Shown here piece after piece: positions 58,373-64,000 of a DNA stretch of 64,000 nt. This DNA is from Nemertoderma westbladi. Taxonomy: Eukaryota > Animalia > Xenacoelomorpha. The DNA lies in the NCBI GenBank assembly GCA_032718475.1, contig JAUCBJ010007477.1, positions 62,001 to 126,000 on the forward strand, written 5' to 3'. The position numbers and the translations under genes are program-made. The notes under the pieces are model-generated. The model made no database searches and was not told where the DNA came from. It saw only the letters and a list, made by a program, of their open reading frames with translations. Position 1 is the stretch's first letter. The number at the start of each line of letters is the position of its first letter.

Positions 58373-58815
58373 TTATTTTATTAATGAAAGTGTCCACAGT
58401 AATAACAATAAATCATTGTACCGCAAATTAGAGGTGAATATATTCATTGCTCCAGGATTTTTCGGCACCTCGGTTAAATAATACAGACAAAATAGACCAC
58501 ACTGAGTCGATTGCGGCGCTTGAAATATTTTACGATTCCAAGTATGCCTTTGGGTATATTTATGCAACCAATATGATATTTTCGGTGGAGGAGCTTTACC
58601 AAACGAATCTAAATAATAAGCAATTCTCTTAACCACGTGTACGCAAGACCAGTGTTGCCCTGGTAGGCCTATACGTTGATTATTAATAATAAATGAATAA
58701 TTTTGTTTATGCTTATTATTTTTTTTGCGTATATTAGGTGTAATTGGTCGATTGCGTAAACACCGATGTATTCGGGCCCCACCGGGAATTTCGCTAATTG
58801 TATAGAGTCCAACAT
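58373..58815 (-). pseudogene. Adenain-like protease, copy 3
   Basis: Near-identical to copy 2; frameshift in a homopolymer at about 58720. Confidence 0.9.
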
Positions 58816-58909
58816 CTTAGCGTGAGCGTATCATTAAAAGTTTAAGAGAATTTTTCTAATTCCGCAGGCGGTGTGGCTTCGCTTACTTTGTACTATGCGA
58901 GATCTTTAT

Positions 58910-61090
58910 TTATTCGGTTATTATTTCCTTGGCTTCCGAAATAGATAGAAGAGCGTCATAGCTTGCCATTAATATAACGTTAATAGTGTTAACTAGCGCA
59001 TTACTAAATTTCAGAATCAAATGCCCGCTTGTATGAATACTAGGTTGAATCTCATGGCTTTGGTCGCCTCCCGCAGTAAGATCGAATACGATCAAAGGAA
59101 ATTGGGTACGAAACCGTTCTGGTGTTAGCGAGCAAAATACACCGCTCAAGCTCTTGAACACATATATCGACAACTGTATACCTTTAAAATGTATGGTTAT
59201 ATTACCAGAGCGTGCTGTATTATCAATTATATTAATTTGGCCTTTAATAAGGCTTTTGTTGAAGTACTCAATGATCCTTTCCAATGATAGGAAAGATCCT
59301 TCGGGGAGAGTAACATCTCTTGTAAACATTTTTTTATTTTTTATGGCCTTTATATAAATGTCGCTATTGTCATACCTGATACTAGATACGTACGTTAAAC
59401 CGGTTAACCCTATTAGTACCGGGCTATAAAATGTTGTACAAATACCGGGGAGGGGTCATATTGACCCCCCCCTCTAAAATCTACAAATATTTACGAAAAC
59501 GTCTGATTTTTTGTTTGTACGTAGGTATCACTTGTCTGGATCCGACCGAAAAAAAAAAATTTCGAAAAAATGTACTGCGGTGGTTATATTGCAGCACCAA
59601 AATTACAAGTAGTGCACAATTTTCACCAAATTTGAAAGTTACATTTTCGGCTAATTATTTTTCAATACAGGTTTTCTGGGGTGCAAAATACATTGGAAAA
59701 TATTAAAAAATGATATGATTACTATAAATGGCTGTTTAGTCCTCTCTGCGTAGGAAAAAAATGAAAAAAACAAGTAACCAGCACTTTTCAGTTAGAACAC
59801 AAAATTTGTAATTCACTTATACGATGCTATAAATTCACATTTTCAGGTTTTCGAGGGCGCTGATTCTAATGGAATACATTTCTAATATGCCAGATCATTG
59901 CTACTTGTATTTTTCGGCGTAATTTGGCAAATTTTGGTGCTGGCACCAAATTTCGTACCCATCACCAAAAAGTACAAGTTTGCGATGTTCAGTGCTGTTT
60001 TATTGATTCCATCGGATTCAGGACCCTCATAAACCCGTATAACGCAAGAAACAAGGTGATACTATCTACTTATCAATTTGCATATTTTCCGAAATTTGGT
60101 GCTGGCACAACAATTTTCACCCACCGGCGAAAAATACAAGTTTGAGAACTCTTATGAAATTTTTACTGATTCCATTGAATTCAGAACCATCACAAACCCG
60201 TATAACGCAAGAAACAAGGTGACACAATCAATTGATATATTTGATGGTTTTCAAAATTTGGTGCTAGCACCAAATTTTGCACCCACATCCGAAAAATACA
60301 AGTTTGAGATGTCTAGATCGATAATTATATTTTCCATTGAATTCAGAACAGCCATAAACCTCTAAAACGCAAGAAATAAATTGTCACAAGCAATTTTATC
60401 TATTGAATGGATTTTCAAAATTTCGTGCTAGCACCAAAATTTGCACACAGCACCGAAAAATACAAGTTTGATACGCTTGGTGCAACTCGTATATATTTCA
60501 TCGAATCCAGAAACCCAAAAAACCCCAATTGCGTAAAAAACAAGTTTCAAACGATCAATTTACAAAATTGACTTATTTCGAAATTTGGTGCTGGCACCAA
60601 AATTTGGCACCCACCGAAAAAAACAGGTTTGAAATTTCTAAATCAATTTATATGAATTCCATCAAATTTCTAACACCAAAAAACCGGTGTAAATCAAAAA
60701 TAGAGATGTTACAATCATATTTAATGAAATGTAATTTTCAAAAAACGTCTCAAAAAAAGTGCCAAAAGTAGGGTTAAAAAATGGTGCTATAACTCGAAAA
60801 GTACCCAATATTTTTGAAAACGGTTTTCACTACTAGGAAGACAATAGATTTTTAGGAAAAGTCATAAAATTTCAGATTCCCAACTGCGTTTGTTTCAGAA
60901 TTATAATAAAAAAACCACGGGGGGGGTCATATTGACCCCCCCCCGGGTTTAATAGGGTTAAACCTATTAACCATTGCCCTTTAGCGAAAGGTAAAGGAAT
61001 TTGCAAATTTGTTTGGAAATCGCTGGCGCTATTACGTGGGAATTCTATGGGGTTTGCGTTTGAGGGTAGTACAACGTAATAACTGTTCAT
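58910..61090 (-). pseudogene. Penton paralogue 2 N-terminus (split by piggyBac) fused in frame to MCP C-terminus
   Basis: MNSYYVVLPSNANPIEFPRNSASDF..WLIGLT|GLTYVSS..LPEGSF, then at about 59160 it switches to VFKSLSGVF..DLTAGG. Confidence 0.8.
59408..60957. mobile_element. Non-autonomous piggyBac element
   Basis: TTAA|CCCTATTA ... TAATAGGG|TTAA. Subterminal palindrome GGGGTCATATTGACCCC at both ends and internal ~165-bp tandem repeats. Excision restores the penton frame. Confidence 0.92.
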
Positions 61091-61518
61091 TCTTGTAGTT
61101 TTTGTCGCCGTTGTTGTTTTTTGAGTTCTAGAACTAAAATTGTTTTACCTCCATGAAAGACTATATGCTTTCCTTTATGGTCGCGAAGCGTTATACTAAT
61201 TGTATCGAGCACTTTTTTATTTCTTAATTGTTTGTAATGTGTGTTTTTGAATTCCAGGTTGATGAATGAGTATGGTTCCCATTTCAAAGGGATTATCCGC
61301 AAAAGAGGCGCCATCGAATGTCCTACGTGAGAAGATTCAATCATATCTGTATATATAAACATTGTGTGTCTATCCCTCGTTATATCGCAAGGTTCGGGGA
61401 ATTCGTTGTCCTCCTGAGATTCCACAATAAAATACTTGCTGTGAACGACGGTGCAAGTATATTTATTGTAAGTAAATTTCCAGCTATTTGTTGCTCCAGT
61501 TTTTTGCGTTAAGGCCAT
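61087..61518 (-). CDS. In-frame chimera: PC4-like gene N-terminus fused to penton paralogue 1 C-terminus
   Basis: The first 39 aa are identical to 12166-13176, followed by FPEPCDITR..FIYTDMI..VGHSMAPLLR. Confidence 0.8.
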   Translation of the reverse strand: MALTQKTGATNSWKFTYNKYTCTVVHSKYFIVESQEDNEFPEPCDITRDRHTMFIYTDMIESSHVGHSMAPLLRIIPLKWEPYSFINLEFKNTHYKQLRNKKVLDTISITLRDHKGKHIVFHGGKTILVLELKKQQRRQKLQE

Positions 61519-61589
61519 AATAATAAATACGAAAAATATTACAAGTGATAAATTTTAAACCGTATCGCTGTAATAAATTGACACGACAT

Positions 61590-61750
61590 GTTTGGATTTA
61601 CCAATAACCGATATGATACCTAAAAACACTGAACGGTATATTGTAATAAAAAAAATGTAGATCGTACTTTATTGATAACATATAGTCAAGAATAGTGAAA
61701 TATAATATTTTGTATTTTTAGGTATCACATTTATTATTGTAAACCCCAAC
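61590..61750. other. Imperfect inverted repeat at the position equivalent to 13274-13433
   Basis: TTTACCAATAA..TGATACCTAAAAA pairs with TTTTTAGGTATCA..TTATTGTAAA. Confidence 0.7.
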
Positions 61751-61769
61751 TTGATTGAGTCAATTTATT

Positions 61770-62535
61770 ACCATGAATATTAAAAGTGATGAATTTTAAT
61801 AAAAACAAATTACAAGTGATGAATTTTAATAAAAACATTCAGTTATATATAATTTCTGAGTATAACACGTAAGCAACAAATACTGTATGTAGCATAGTCA
61901 ACGACGAATAAGAAAAGAGATGGGATGCAATGTGGATAAATGGTTGGTTGGTTGGTTGGTTGGTTGCATGGATAGGAAATACGTGAAAGAATATGAAACA
62001 TAGGGTTGTGCGTAATAATAATCAATAATTATAATATGGCACAGATGCTGAGGGATCGGTTAGGATGAGTAACTACTATGGAAATGCGAGAACGTGTAGT
62101 TGACGCGTGGCGGAATTTCATGTATCATACTGGCTGGTTGGTTGGTTTGTTGGTTTGGCGACAGCAGTCGAGGAGTTGGCAATCGATATAATATAATATA
62201 TAATATCGAGGGAGGGTATATGCGTGATGCGTGTAGATGGCCACGTCGTCGTTGTCGTCACCATATACAGTATACAGTGGTGGTAGCGTGGCGGTGGTGG
62301 TGGTAACGTGGCGAAAAGGTGAATAACATTAGGGTTAGTTAGTCAGTAGTCGAGTAAGGCGGGCATCGCAAGGTTAGGCTACGCTACGATTGGTTGATGG
62401 CAACTGCCGATGGTGACATATGGCGCGCACCGTAATTTAGCACCGGAATTTGGCATTTTGTAAAGGCCTCCGAATGGAATGCCCATAGCCCAAGCTAGGG
62501 AGGACTATGGTGGGGACACTTCTTCTCCTACTACT
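61770..62535 (-). repeat. Polinton TIR (right-type end)
   Basis: Ends GGACACTTCTTCTCCTACTACT. Confidence 0.85.
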
Positions 62536-62718
62536 ATAGGGTGGGCAGCAGATGCTTGGTATATAATATTAATATGTAACATGGAAAGAGTTGGGCCCAC
62601 TATGGCTATGTCCAAATTTCCCGGTTTTACTGGCAAGTTGTTATTAATGGCGCCCACGCGCTAAAGACTTTGCCTCACTTGTTGCCGCGTGAAGGTCTCA
62701 TGAATGCGTTTAACTTTG

Positions 62719-63096
62719 TTAACTCTCCACAAACGACGCGTTATAACGAATTACGCGAAGGCTCCGCGAATGAGTTTTAAGATGGTTCTTTCGCGATGGT
62801 TCTAGCCCTCGGCCCCCCCTATTTGGCAATACCGTGGCAATAGGCCTAATAGGCCTATCAATCATCGGATGAAAATTGATAGGTCTATACGCCGTTGCCA
62901 TTGGCTTATTAGGCCTCCTAAGGGGTTCAATGGTACCTCCACGAGCCCCCTCGCAGAAAGTTTGGGGCACCCTGCCGGAAACAGGTATTTGTTGGATGGG
63001 GTCTTCTGGGTTTACTTCGCTTCATTGTTCTTGCCGCCGTCTCGCCCACAATAAAGTTGCGGCAATCTCCAACACAGGCCGTTGTTGACTCGACAT
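62719..63096 (-). pseudogene. QQ(V/I)PVSGRVPQT family protein with an internal stop
   Basis: MSSQQRPVLEIAATLLWARRRQEQ*..PIQQIPVSGRVPQTF. Confidence 0.6.
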
Positions 63097-63347
63097 TTTA
63101 TTATTATGGTGTTAAACAAAGTAAACAAAGCAAATTAAACAATAAGAACGAGTTAATAAATAAAACTAAACCTGTATTTACTGGTATAGTGTAATGATCT
63201 TTTCTTCTTAATAATCTTTTTTTTAATATTTTAAATTACACATCCTCACATAAAATACATAAAATTACATAGCACCCCATTGACATGGTTGATATAGTAT
63301 TCAGTACTGCAGTATGTGAGAGATATGTGATCTTAGATAACAGTAGG

Positions 63348-63905
63348 AGTAGTAGGAAGAAAGGGTTCCCCCACTAAGTCCTCCCTATGTTGGTTGTTCT
63401 ATGGGACTTTGCTCGGAGGGCTATTGGAACTGAGCTATTATGCACAATTTTATTGATTTTAATGACCATCTGCCACCACCATTGATTCGATTCGTTGCAT
63501 CAAACAATGATCAATATTCAACTACGCGTAGCTCAACCTCGCGATGCATGCCTAGCCCCTGTTACTCTCCCTTTCGCCTCACTACCATGACAACGACAAC
63601 GACGATGAACTAATATAGTATTCTCTCATCTTTACGATAGTCAGTGTGAGTGTTATATGAGACTTGAAATCTCGCTACGCGTACACGTTGTCACATTACA
63701 CAGTTAAGCGAATGCATTTCCATGGTTACTTAACCTAATCCTATCCCATCTGTGCCATATGATGCCTATATAGATTGCTATTATACTGTACGTTTTTATT
63801 ATAATTATTTATTATTATTATTATTACACACAACCCAATGATTTTCATTTGTACTGTATTTCCCAACCAATCAACCAACCAATAAACTGTATTTAGGCTA
63901 TTTCA
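63348..63905 (+). repeat. Divergent Polinton TIR (left-type end)
   Basis: AGTAGTAGGAAGA..AGTCCTCCCTA..CTCGGAGGGCTATT, colinear with 41313 onward. Confidence 0.7.
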
Positions 63906-64000
63906 TGGTTTAAGACCTGTATTATTTTTGAAAATATCTTATATATAATCTCTTGCTTTAATCACAATTAATCATTTATAATGGTTTTAGTTTAAAAGTT

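Noticed and set aside
59431-60771. piggyBac transposase
   Set aside because: Only short repeat-derived ORFs are present, so the element is non-autonomous.
41313-62535. One intact 21-kb Polinton between matching TIRs
   Set aside because: The flanking hexamers differ (GGGGCG vs ATAGGG), and the interior is a patchwork of duplicated fragments with no ATPase or integrase.
1-64000. tRNA, rRNA or prokaryotic/phage origin
   Set aside because: No cloverleaf or rRNA-like tract was recognised. LINEs, piggyBac, MULE and Polinton genes indicate an animal nuclear genome.

Overview
AT-rich eukaryotic DNA, most likely from an invertebrate animal. It is almost entirely a nested, scrambled cluster of endogenous Polinton/Maverick (adintovirus-like) elements from at least three divergent lineages. 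Recognisable hallmark genes are protein-primed DNA polymerase B (3 lineages), major capsid protein, minor capsid (penton) paralogues, adenain-type protease, packaging ATPase, rve integrase with chromodomain and basic core proteins. Four AGTAGT-capped terminal inverted repeat (TIR) ends are present. The elements are further interrupted by Tc1/mariner, piggyBac, MULE-like, foldback, Helentron-like and RTE-type LINE insertions, and several target-site duplications (TSDs) can be read directly. The most striking accessory content is (1) two divergent, compact GTSF1/Asterix-like double CHHC zinc-finger genes with acidic Trp tails, alongside families of small acidic Trp/WG-rich proteins, which suggests an element-encoded module aimed at the PIWI/piRNA pathway, and (2) a TBP-like gene overlapping the pPolB 3' end plus PC4-like proteins, which suggests an element-encoded basal transcription module. 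All family assignments come from motif recognition by eye; no database search was run.
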